64,000 nucleotides of DNA from Candidatus Marinacidobacterales bacterium (GTDB taxonomy: Bacteria; Acidobacteriota; Vicinamibacteria; Marinacidobacterales; DATDRI01): the NCBI GenBank assembly GCA_965219415.1, contig CBDCNP010000002.1, positions 3,072,001-3,136,000 of the forward strand, read 5' to 3'. The first letter of the stretch is position 1, and each line of letters starts with the position of its first letter. The translations under genes and the position numbers were made by a program. Positions 33,902-43,405 of this stretch are shown here, one piece after another. The notes below the pieces were generated by a model. That model was not told the DNA's origin. It did not search any database and saw only the letters and a program-made list of their open reading frames with translations.

Positions 33902-35336
33902 GAGTCAAGCCCATTCTTAGTTGAAACTCTCCACGGCTCACGTTTAAGCGACCTTCTTCTTCGATACGGTTGATGTCTTCGCCTCGATCTTCAGTTCCCG
34001 CTTGAGAGCTTCGCGAAGCTTGGGAAGATGGCGGTAGCCCACCACCTTCCTCAAGCGCGGTTCGATGTCTACGAGCGCCGTTGCCAACCAGCGCTGGCGT
34101 TGGCTTGAGTTCTTCCAGTGGTCGACCTTCGTGCAGCGTTCCTCGACGAGAGCATTGACGGACTCAAGGCAGTTCGTCGTCTTGAACGAACGGCCCAGCA
34201 CCGCGTGCACGCCGAGTCGATGCAACGTCAGCGTCTCCTCGAGGCCTTCCTCCAGGCTGCCAGCTGCGGATTGGTTCCGCTCTTCTAACTCACCGTGGAG
34301 TTGCTCGAGCGCAGTGAGGGCCTCTTCGTACTCCGGCCTGTTGTAGGCCCACTGGAGCCGCTTGCGCCATGACGCCTGCTCGCCCTTGGACAGGTAGCTC
34401 ACTACGTTTTCACGTTTGTGCCACTGGCAGCGTTGTATCAGGGCCCGCTTACGGAATGCCTTCTTGACTGCCGCTTGGAGACCCTTGCCGCCGTCGATGA
34501 TCACCAGCAGACCCTGGGAGATATCGAGTCCCCGCTCGAGCAGTGAACGCAGGAACGGCGTCAACACCTGCGCGTTCTCCGTGTCCGTCTCCACGAAGCC
34601 CAAGAAGCGTTTTTCCCCGCAAAGCGTGATGCCCAGAGCCACGACCATCGTTGCCTCGGCGAATGTCTTCCCATCCAGAAACAGCGCCACCACATCCTCG
34701 CCGGTCAGATCCCGTTCCTGCATCTCCCGCAGCTTCGCAGCGCTCGCTTGCACGAACCCTCGGGACACCGTTGAGCTCGACAGCCCGATGGCGCCCGGAA
34801 TCGCTTCCGCTGCCGCCTCGTAGTTGCGACAAGAGATTCCGTAGAGAACTCGTTTCAGCAGAAGATCATTCACCTCACCGCCGTGGCTCACCGCCTCGTA
34901 GCAGCGAAGCGGAATCTCTCCTCCCTCGATGCTCCGAACCCGTGGCACACGGATCGGTACCCGCTGGCCGCCAAGCCCTACCGTGCCCGGGTTGCTTCCG
35001 GGACGGCGACCGCGCTCCAGCTCGTCCTTGCGAGAGTATCGCTCTCCCGCCAACGCCTTCACTTCGTCGTCGAGCAACTCGTGAACGTGCATTAGACCAA
35101 GGGGGACCAACCAACGGATCATCTCTACCTTGGCGTCCAGCGCGAGTTCCCCGTAATCCTCGTGCCTCACCATCTCGACCTCACCCAAACGACGCGACTT
35201 CTTGCGTTTCTTGACCGAACGTAGCAGACTTCCCATCTCGGCTCCTTTCTTCGCGGCTTGATTTTGTTTTGTCCAACGCCATCAAACCACGGGGTTTGGA
35301 GCCGTTTCAATTCCCAACTAAGATTGGCACACTTTC
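33902..35336 (-). mobile_element. IS256 family element
   Basis: Imperfect inverted repeats GAGTCAAGCCCATTCTTAGTTG and GAAAGTGTGCCAATCTTAGTTG; 8-bp flanks GGAGATGC and GCAGATGC. Confidence 0.9.
33944..35236 (-). CDS. IS256 (mutator-type) transposase
   Basis: LFLDG, IIDGGKGL, QRCQWHK and TTNCLESVN. Confidence 0.93.
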   Translation of the reverse strand: MGSLLRSVKKRKKSRRLGEVEMVRHEDYGELALDAKVEMIRWLVPLGLMHVHELLDDEVKALAGERYSRKDELERGRRPGSNPGTVGLGGQRVPIRVPRVRSIEGGEIPLRCYEAVSHGGEVNDLLLKRVLYGISCRNYEAAAEAIPGAIGLSSSTVSRGFVQASAAKLREMQERDLTGEDVVALFLDGKTFAEATMVVALGITLCGEKRFLGFVETDTENAQVLTPFLRSLLERGLDISQGLLVIIDGGKGLQAAVKKAFRKRALIQRCQWHKRENVVSYLSKGEQASWRKRLQWAYNRPEYEEALTALEQLHGELEERNQSAAGSLEEGLEETLTLHRLGVHAVLGRSFKTTNCLESVNALVEERCTKVDHWKNSSQRQRWLATALVDIEPRLRKVVGYRHLPKLREALKRELKIEAKTSTVSKKKVA

Positions 35337-35514
35337 GCAGATGCGCCGGCTGGGAGTAGGAAACAAGGGAGTCATGGAAGTATTAGGCATGACCCAGATG
35401 TTCTCTAGCTACACGAAGATCGCGGATACCCTTCAGCTGGATCCCGACATGAGTGAGATCGCACCCATCGACCGATCTCCCGTGCCCGATCCAAGCTGAA
35501 TCGAGGAGGGAATC

Positions 35515-36171
35515 ATGAAAAAGTGGTTCATTGGAATCGCCATAGTTGCCGGCGTGGCCGGCCTCGCCGGCTGGGGCTACTATTACGCTCTCGAGAAGGC
35601 ATGGATTCCCTACAACGAGTACGACATCCGTTCAGAGGGCACGCTGAGGGTGGGCGATCTCGCACCCGACTTGGAGCTCGCGAGTGCGGACGGGGGGACT
35701 CAAAAATTATCCGATCTCTTCAAACAAAAGCCGTTGGTTCTCATCTTTGGAAGCTACACCTGACCGCCGTTTCGAGCCAGTTTGGCCGAAGTCGAAGAGC
35801 TGAGAACAAAGTATCGAAACGACGCCGAGTTTGCCATCGTTTACATCAAAGAGGCCCATCCCGGGGACGAGTGGCAAGTAGATAGCAACACCGAGGGGGA
35901 AGTCATCTATAACCAGCCGAATTCCTTCGAGGCCCGGATGGATCTCGCCAAGACTTTCATTGACAAGATGGACGTGAAGACCCCGACGCTGGTCGACGAT
36001 ATCCAGAACACCGCCATGGCTTGCTACGCGGCGTGGCCGGAAAGGCTCTACGTCATCGAGACCGGCGGCACCATTGCCTACAAGGGGGATATGGGACCCT
36101 TCGGATTCAAGCCTGAGAAGGTGGAGAGCTACCTCGAGGAGCGTTTCGCCGGAAGGGGCGCGACAGACTAG
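35515..36171 (+). CDS. Iodothyronine-deiodinase-like selenoprotein with N-terminal membrane anchor
   Basis: PLVLIFGSYT-TGA(35761)-PPF, VYIKEAHPGDEW, YAAWPERLYVI and YKGDMGPFGF; both ORF halves are in the same frame. Confidence 0.9.
35771..35790 (+). promoter_or_regulatory. SECIS-like hairpin
   Basis: TTCG-A-GCCA-GTT-TGGC-CGAA; loop G 16 nt after the UGA. Confidence 0.55.
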
Positions 36172-36230
36172 CCTCGTTCCAACTTGAACCTGGCCTAAGC
36201 TTCGGTGTTTGATTTCGGCGAAGTCCAAAA

Positions 36231-37290
36231 ATGAAACCCAACCTTGCTCTTCCGCTCCCCGGATCCGGGCAGCAGATTCGGGCTTTGCAACGAGAGCGGA
36301 AGGCCTTGGCCGTCGAGAGCGCGGGGCGGTCTCGTTTCTGGCGGCCGAGACTGACCCATATCGACACCTCGAAGCTGGACGAACCGGAGGAGTGGCGGAA
36401 GATACCGATCCTTGACAAGGAGATGCTTCGCTCCCTTTCCAACGACCAGTTTTACAACGACTTCTGCATTCCGGCTCCCGGTAAGATAGCCGAACACTGG
36501 CGCTCTGGTGGGACAACAGGGAGGCCGCTCTTTTATCTCCGTACGTTCGAAGACATTCGTTACGCGATGGTGGGCTTCGCACGAAGCTTCATGGCGATGA
36601 ACGTGCAGCCCGGTGAAACCGCGCATCTCTCCCTCCCGCTGGGCATCCACCCGGCCGGTCACATGTGGGCCCGGGCCGGCGAGATGATGGGGATCGGCAT
36701 GAACTGGGTCGGATCGGGAGCCGCGGCGCCTTCGGAGCTCCAGCTCGAGCTGATCGCCACTCTGAAGCCCTCGCTTTGGATCGGCATGCCTAGCTACGGC
36801 CTTCACCTAGCCAACCTTGCGGGCGCTCGGGGTCAGAATCTCCGAGACGGGTCGGTCCAAAAAATTCTGTGCACGGCCGAGCCGCTGTCCCGAGCCAAGC
36901 GCGAAAAGCTCGAGCGCGCGTGGGGAGCCGAAGTGTACGACGCTTTCGGCATGACCGAAGTTTCGATGATGGGTGCCGAAGGCGAGGCAGGGGATGGCCT
37001 CCACATGTGGGCCGACCTTGCGTTCATCGAGGTCGTCGATCCCGCTACCAGCGAGCCTGTGCCGGCTGGCGAACCTGGACTCCTGGTGGTCACGTCACTT
37101 TTCACGAACAACACGACACCTTTTCTAAGATGGTGCTCGGGCGACATCGTGGCTTATCGCGAGCAACGCCACGGCGAGGATCCACTCTCGGTTTTTCCCC
37201 TCCTCCGCCATGCTCACCGAACCGCTGGTTTCTTCAAGATTCGTGGCGTCAACATTAACCACTCGGAGCTCGAGGACCTGATGTTCGCCG
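36231..37290 (+). pseudogene. Phenylacetate-CoA ligase (PaaK-like) family protein, C-terminus apparently lost
   Basis: SGGTTGRP, TAEP, YDAFGMTE, PFLRWCSGD and KIRGVNI; no stop codon, reads through non-family sequence into the next gene. Confidence 0.75.
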
Positions 37291-37394
37291 ATTCCGATTC
37301 TAGACCGGAGACAGTAGCACGGTTACTCTCGGCCCTCCCAAGGCGAGCCGCCCGACTCGTGGTAGTATCGATCTCGGCGTCCTTCCTAAGAACG

Positions 37395-38429
37395 ATGAAG
37401 ACAGCATCTCCACCAACGGCCGAGGACGTAAAAGAACTCGCCCTCGAGCTGGGGGCCGATCTCGTCGGCGTCGCGAGCGCCAAGACACTTAACGCCTTCC
37501 CTCCAGACCCCAAGTATCCGCAGACCCCGGAGCGCGTCTCGCCTTACTGCAAGAGCGTCATCGTCGTCGTGCAACGCATCCCGGTCGGTGCCTTCCGCTG
37601 TAAATCCAATGTGCCGGTTCAGTACTTGGACATGCTCGTGCTCCGGAAGATGGACAAGGTCGCCTACCGGTTGGCCGAGCATTTGGAGCGAGCAGGTTAT
37701 CCGTCCTTTGTTACCGCGGCCCAGGAGACCGACTGGAACTATAAGCGAGCCAGCTACGGGAGGCTGAGCACGCGCCACCTCGGGATCGAAGCGGGACTCG
37801 GTACTTTCGGTCTCGAAGTCAACATTTTGACGCCGGAGTACGGGCCGCGAGTCTACCTCACCGGAATTCTGACCGAGCTCGAGCTCGAGCCCGATGCACC
37901 CATGACCGAGCAGGTGTGTATCGGTGAGTCCTGCAGCCGGTGTCTCTACAGTTGTCCGACCGATGCCATAGGGCATTTCGACATCGACAAACGCGACTGC
38001 GCGAAAGAGGCGCAAGAGTTCGGATTCACCACCATCCTCAAGTATTTCGAGCGTTTCGTGGCGTCGTCCCGGGAGACCAAGGCGGGGATGCTGAAATCGC
38101 GTGACCTGTACGGATTTTGGCAGGGGTTGCTACGGGTAGTCGGATCCTTCGGGGACTGTCCGCGATGCCTCGCCGTCTGCCCGGTCGGAGACGACTACTA
38201 CGCGCATTTGGTCGAGATACAGAAGTTCATTCCCGAAACGACCGACGAAAAGATCACCAAGGCCAAGGGGTTCAAGGCGGCCCGCAAGCGTGGCGATGCC
38301 ATCGAGGGGCTCAACGAATGGAACGCCCGATGGGTGGGACCGGAGGGCTACCAAGGGCTCGTCGCACGGCACCTGAAGAAATTCCGTGAGAAACAAAAGG
38401 CGCTTCTAGCGCGGTCTGCGAAGAGATAG
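37395..38429 (+). CDS. QueG/reductive-dehalogenase-like cobalamin 4Fe-4S protein, copy 1
   Basis: LGADLVGVA, EAGLGTFG...LTPEYGPRVYL, CIGESCSRCLYSCP and C...CPRCLAVCP. Confidence 0.82.
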   Translation: MKTASPPTAEDVKELALELGADLVGVASAKTLNAFPPDPKYPQTPERVSPYCKSVIVVVQRIPVGAFRCKSNVPVQYLDMLVLRKMDKVAYRLAEHLERAGYPSFVTAAQETDWNYKRASYGRLSTRHLGIEAGLGTFGLEVNILTPEYGPRVYLTGILTELELEPDAPMTEQVCIGESCSRCLYSCPTDAIGHFDIDKRDCAKEAQEFGFTTILKYFERFVASSRETKAGMLKSRDLYGFWQGLLRVVGSFGDCPRCLAVCPVGDDYYAHLVEIQKFIPETTDEKITKAKGFKAARKRGDAIEGLNEWNARWVGPEGYQGLVARHLKKFREKQKALLARSAKR

Positions 38430-38439
38430 TTCCCGCATT

Positions 38440-39456
38440 ATGATCGAGACTTACCAAGCGCCGCTTACCGCCCAGCAGATCAAGGCAAAGGCACGTGAGC
38501 TCGGCGCCGACTTGGTCGGAATCGCCGACGGCAAGGTGATGGAGGAACACCCTCCCGAACCGAGCGATCCGCGGCGACCCTCCGATATCACCGACTATGA
38601 CGCCGATCGCGTCATCGTCATGGCGAAAAAGTATACGAGCGGCACCTCCCGCATTCTCCCCTGGAACGATCGCCACAAGTACTACAACGACGAGCTGACT
38701 TTAACCATGTTGGAAGAGGCCTCGCTGGAGCTCGTTTACTGGCTCGAGGACAACGGCTATCCGTCGGTCATCATTCCTCCCACCCACGTCGACCCCTGGC
38801 GCTATCAAGACCAGCCGGAGGAACATCAAAAGACGCTACTATCGCTCACCCATGCTGCGGTCGAGGCGGGATTGGGGACCCTCGGCCTAAACCTGCAGCT
38901 GCTTACCCCCGAGTACGGACCGCGGGTGATTCTCACTGCGGTGCTGTGCTCCGTGGACTGCGAAGCAGGCAGTCGCGTCGAAGAAGCGTTATGTCTCGGA
39001 CCCGAGTGTGGGCGGTGTTTGGAAACCTGTCCCGGAGACGTCGTCCAACATTGGAATCGCGATTGGGAAGGCTGTGATCGTTACCGATCACCCCACGGCT
39101 TCGCCCAGCTCACCGACCATCTGGTCAACATCCTGGACCAGACGGACGTCCCCAAGCAAAAAGAGATGATCCGCTCGGAGGAAAGCTTCAACCTCTGGCA
39201 GAGTATTTTGCGAGGGGCCGGCGTCATTACTGGCTGCCGCCGCTGCCAAGACGTCTGCCCGGTGGGAGAAGACTACGCCGCCCTCGAGGATGCACTCGAG
39301 GAGCTCCCGGAGAGCACGCCCGAGAAGAAGCAACGTCTCCTAGAGATGATGAAGGTCGAGAAAAAGGAAATCCCCCCTGGCGGCTACCAAGCCCAGCGCC
39401 GCTGGATCGGGGAGGTTACGTACCGGAAGCCCTGGCCTAAAGCTTTCGACGTTTGA
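38440..39456 (+). CDS. QueG/reductive-dehalogenase-like cobalamin 4Fe-4S protein, copy 2
   Basis: LGADLVGIA, HAAVEAGLGTLG...LTPEYGPRVIL, CLGPECGRCLETCP and C...CRRCQDVCP. Confidence 0.85.
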   Translation: MIETYQAPLTAQQIKAKARELGADLVGIADGKVMEEHPPEPSDPRRPSDITDYDADRVIVMAKKYTSGTSRILPWNDRHKYYNDELTLTMLEEASLELVYWLEDNGYPSVIIPPTHVDPWRYQDQPEEHQKTLLSLTHAAVEAGLGTLGLNLQLLTPEYGPRVILTAVLCSVDCEAGSRVEEALCLGPECGRCLETCPGDVVQHWNRDWEGCDRYRSPHGFAQLTDHLVNILDQTDVPKQKEMIRSEESFNLWQSILRGAGVITGCRRCQDVCPVGEDYAALEDALEELPESTPEKKQRLLEMMKVEKKEIPPGGYQAQRRWIGEVTYRKPWPKAFDV

Positions 39457-39665
39457 GTAACAGGAATTCTCAAGTGGGTTAGGGCGCGCCCACGACAGTG
39501 TCATCCCCTAACTAACCCAGTAGCTAGAGCTTACGGTCATAGGGTTCCGTTGGTCATATTTTATATTCTTTAATTAGCTCTATGAGATAACTATTGCAAA
39601 TAAATTATGAGAATCGCCGAAATTGTGATATTATCGATGCAACAATTAGCCTCAAAGAAGAACTA

Positions 39666-40502
39666 ATGAACTCACAATATCACGCTCCGGCCAAGACACT
39701 GGGACCCCAAGCGGCGGGCCTCGTGGTGGCGTTGTATGAATGTGATCGCCCCGTTTTCACAGTGAAGGAGGCGGCGGACATTACGGGACTAGGTCCAGCC
39801 GCCGCCGCCAGGTTCCTGCACAAGCTCGCGCGACGTGGAATCCTGACCCACTTGGGACGTGGCCTCTACAGGCTCATCCCTTTCGAATTGGGTTCGGCAC
39901 GCGAGTTCCTTGGCAATCCGTTCGTTATCGTGCGTGAGTTCGCGCGGGGCGCCGACTACTACGTCTCCCACGCATCGGCAATGGACATTCATGGCATGCT
40001 CACCCAACCCCAACTCGTCGTGTACGCAACCTCCCCGAAGCAGATTCGGAGTCGGGAGGTGCTGGGCACCGTGTTCCGGCTCGTGCGATGCAAGGCAAAT
40101 CATTTTTTCGGCACGTTCGAGCACTGGGCAGACAAGCAGGAAAAGATCGTCGTGAGCGACCTAGAGCGGACTGTGCTGGACGGCCTGAAGCAGCCACAGT
40201 ACACCGGAGGGATTACCGAGGTCGCCAAGGGGATGTGGATGAGGCGGGATGGTCTCAGCGTTCCCAAACTCGTCGACTACGCGCTCCGGCTCGGAATCGG
40301 CGCAGTCGTTCGCCGCTTGGGTTTTCTGCTCGAGCTCTATGAGCTTGGACCTTCGACGGAGTTGGATCGCCTTCGGGATAAACTGAGCTCGACGTACATG
40401 CTTCTCGACCCGCTGCTTTCTCCGGGAGGCAAGTACTTGTCTCGCTGGCGACTGCGCCTCAATGTAATACCCGAGGAACTTCAAACCGTCGTACGTACGT
40501 GA
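39666..40502 (+). CDS. abiEi: Type IV toxin-antitoxin antitoxin, AbiEi family
   Basis: N-terminal wHTH (LGRGLY), YYVSHASAMDIHGM and VSDLERTVLD. Confidence 0.85.
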   Translation: MNSQYHAPAKTLGPQAAGLVVALYECDRPVFTVKEAADITGLGPAAAARFLHKLARRGILTHLGRGLYRLIPFELGSAREFLGNPFVIVREFARGADYYVSHASAMDIHGMLTQPQLVVYATSPKQIRSREVLGTVFRLVRCKANHFFGTFEHWADKQEKIVVSDLERTVLDGLKQPQYTGGITEVAKGMWMRRDGLSVPKLVDYALRLGIGAVVRRLGFLLELYELGPSTELDRLRDKLSSTYMLLDPLLSPGGKYLSRWRLRLNVIPEELQTVVRT

Positions 40503-40505
40503 ACT

Positions 40506-41348
40506 ATGATCCACCAGCGCAACCTTTCGCTACTCTCGAACCGTCTCGCGAGGAAAGGTGGACACCGGATTCCCGAACGAGTTCTTGAGCGGGACTATTG
40601 CCTAGCGTGGTTCCTTGTCTCCCTCTCAAAAACACCCCTCCGTAAGTTCCTGGCATTCAAGGGAGGAACGGCCCTGAAGCGCTGCTATTTCGGCGACTAC
40701 AGGTTCTCCGAGGACCTCGATTTTACGCTGCAATCCGAAACGACTTGGGAAGAGATCCGTCGAAATCTTGATCAGGTTCTCGATGAAGTCCGACGCGCCT
40801 CGGCGATCGTCTTCGAGTTCCTAGAGAGGGACGGAAGGAGTCACGAGAATAGCCACACGTTCTACCTTGGCTACGAAGGACCGCTCCCGGCAAGCTCTGG
40901 AAGAAGGGTGAAAGTAGACATCACAATCAAAGAAAGGGGCGTTTTCTCATTAGAAGATCGACCGGTCTTACGAGGATACGATGAATACGAAGACTTGCCG
41001 GACGATAGCCCGATCTTAGTCTACTCCCTCAAGGAAATTGCGACGGAGAAAGTAGTCGCCCTCATAGATCCGGCGCGGAACGAACCTCGCGACTTGTACG
41101 ACATATGGTTTCTGGAAAGCAGCGGCTCCGTCAGAGTCGATGATCTCTTGAGCGCCGTCGAGGAGAAGTTGGACTTTCGCGGGAAGACTCTCACCGACGT
41201 GAAAAGCGTATTCCACACCAAGGAGAGCCGGTACAAGCGGCTCTGGGAAGGACGCCTCTCCGCACAGATGAGGGAGATCCCGGAGTTCGAGAAGGTCTAT
41301 CGCGAGGTGCAACGAGCATTCAGACAGGCGGGCCTATTGGAGAAATAG
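40506..41348 (+). CDS. abiEii: AbiEii/AbiGii nucleotidyltransferase toxin
   Basis: ERDY, FKGGTALK, RFSEDLDF, EK...R and RDLYD. Confidence 0.92.
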   Translation: MIHQRNLSLLSNRLARKGGHRIPERVLERDYCLAWFLVSLSKTPLRKFLAFKGGTALKRCYFGDYRFSEDLDFTLQSETTWEEIRRNLDQVLDEVRRASAIVFEFLERDGRSHENSHTFYLGYEGPLPASSGRRVKVDITIKERGVFSLEDRPVLRGYDEYEDLPDDSPILVYSLKEIATEKVVALIDPARNEPRDLYDIWFLESSGSVRVDDLLSAVEEKLDFRGKTLTDVKSVFHTKESRYKRLWEGRLSAQMREIPEFEKVYREVQRAFRQAGLLEK

Positions 41349-41465
41349 TAGAGGTCATTTTGCGAGAATTCCAAAGAATACACGATTTGATCTGTATCAC
41401 AGTCACTTCCACCCCTTCCGTGGTAGAACTCAACTGCGGGCTTCTCGAGTCCGCAGGGGGTTCCA

Positions 41466-41852
41466 ATGATGAGAATCGATCACGCCTCGGTCCTCTTCCA
41501 GAACTGGACGTCCTCGAAGGGTTTGAGTGAGGTCCAGGAAACCTTTTCGTCGATCGACGAGCTGTTCGACCTTTGTGTTGTTAAGAAGATGTCCCCGGAA
41601 CGGGTCTTCCTGTCGGGTAAGGATGATACGGGTCGCGAACACTTTCTTACGCTACTCTACGGCGCGATGCGCGTTGCACCGGACGATTCGGTCGAACAGG
41701 AAGAGCCCAGCGTCTCGGGTGTGCCGCGGGAACAGAATTCTTCCGCTCCATCGCCCGCTCCCAAGCAACGGTCGTTGACTCAACTAGAGCTAGAGCGGGG
41801 CGGTACTCGATGCCATGAGCAACAGGCGTACACCGGCGAGTCCAACGGATGA
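41466..41852 (+). CDS. Hypothetical protein
   Basis: ORF with AGGGGG RBS and protein-like N-terminal half. Confidence 0.5.
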   Translation: MMRIDHASVLFQNWTSSKGLSEVQETFSSIDELFDLCVVKKMSPERVFLSGKDDTGREHFLTLLYGAMRVAPDDSVEQEEPSVSGVPREQNSSAPSPAPKQRSLTQLELERGGTRCHEQQAYTGESNG

Positions 41853-42139
41853 AGATCCAAGCTACTTGGGGGACATTCGGGAGCTCTGCCACGAACGGGC
41901 TTGGGATGCGACGGTGAAGCTATCGGATTTGGCCCAATCGCTCAGCAGCTTGGCAGACGGGATCGCCTGGGCACAAAAGGTCCTCGAGTTCCGCGGGAAG
42001 CGGGAGGCCGACGGATCGGAGCCGGCGGAGTTGGCCGCTATTGCTCGAGGACGGGGTTGGGAGACTAGGCCATATGCGGGGGATGCTGGCCGTTTTCGAC
42101 CGGGAGCTCATCACTTTCGCAGGTCGTCTCGCGAAGTAG

Positions 42140-43359
42140 CTATTTCTGTCGGTCCCGCACAATGCCTGCCAGCTCGAGCAGGATTTCTACTGTCGGCGGG
42201 CCCAGCGACGGCCCCACGTTGCTGTTGAATTGGATCGCCACCGCGAATCTGTGATCGGGGAAGTACATCATTTCCGACCGGTAGCCGGGAAAGAATCCTC
42301 CATGTCCGTAGGCGGGGCCGAGCGGAGTCTGCCAAATGAAGACACCGAGGCCGTACTTCAACCCGTCGTCTGCTTCGACACCGTCGAGCATCTCGGGGCA
42401 AGAGCGAGTCGGGGAAGACGTGACCTTCGTAAACGAGCTTTGCCCAGCGCGCGAGGGCCACCGCGGTCGTGGCTAGACCACCTCCGGTCCATTCGAACTG
42501 AGGATTGATGACGAACTCGCCGTCCACGAGCGCTTCGGTCGCCGCGCCCGCCGGGCTGGTCGGGGCCGCCGCCGCCGTTTCTTCTCCATAGCCACGCAGC
42601 GCCGCTTCCATCGACTTTCCGGGGTATCCCTGCGACAGCCGCTCGATGCGTCGCGAGTCCGAGGGGACGATGCCGTCGAGATCGAACGGCTCCAGCACGC
42701 GGCGGCCGAGCTCGGTGTAGTATGAAGAACCGGTAGCCCGTTCGATGACCATACCCAAAAGGATGTAGTTCGTATCGGTTGTAGTAGTAGTTGGTTCCGG
42801 CGGCAGACAGTGCGTTGGAGCCGACCTCGTACTGCACGAGCTCTTCCGGCCGCCAGACGCGCTCCGGATCCCGGAAGAGATCTCGTATGAACTCAGGATG
42901 CACGACGTAGTCGGGGATGCCGGTCGTGTGATTCATGAGCATCCGGACGGTGAGCTCGTCTGCGTTGGGTAGTCCAGCGTACCAAGTCTCGTCCCCGAGC
43001 CACTTCCCGACGGGATCGTCCAGGCCGAGGCGTCCTTCTCCGACAAAGCCTAGTGCCAGGGCGGACACGAAAGTCTTTCCTATGCTCCCGGCGAGCAGCC
43101 GATCGTCGGGCCGCATCGCGGAGCCCCGACTCTGGTCCGATAAGCCGGCCGCCAATCCGTAGGAGCTGCCGTCGGCAAGGGCAACACCGAAGGTAGCCCC
43201 TGGAAAGGAACCGGAGCCATGAAGCTCTTCGAGCTTGGCTTGGAGCGCTTCCCGAAGCCGGTCTGCGTCCGCCTCGGGGCGGCACGATGTTCCGATAACT
43301 ATGAGCGAGATCCCAAGGACGCAAGATCTAAAGACTCGAGTCTTGAGTGTCAGTAACAT
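42140..43359 (-). CDS. Serine hydrolase/beta-lactamase family lipoprotein (+1 frameshifts near 42779 and 42395)
   Basis: GSIGK (SxxK), LMNHTTG, Y-x-DTNY, YGLG and GHGGFFPGY across three frames. Confidence 0.85.
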
Positions 43360-43405
43360 TCTCCTCGTCATCATTCTGGTATTCTACATCGTAAGGAGCT
43401 CCCCT

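Larger units (their letters stand above)
33240..35499 (+). pseudogene. Two-domain AhpD/CMD-like selenoprotein (CEYU), interrupted by IS256
   Basis: KEMVASVVSGVNACEY-TGA(33492)-VKAH matches AhpD NxCxYCxxxH; continues after one extra C (33588) to LAEM, then resumes after the IS as MRRLG...YTKIADTLQLDPD*. Confidence 0.8.

Noticed and set aside
37395-39456. Calling these genes queG or respiratory rdhA
   Set aside because: QueG-specific motifs, a TAT signal and rdhB are not seen; only the superfamily is supported
39474-39518. Inverted repeat (GTTAGGG...CCCTAAC) as ncRNA or terminator
   Set aside because: Long loop, no U-tract and no recognisable family
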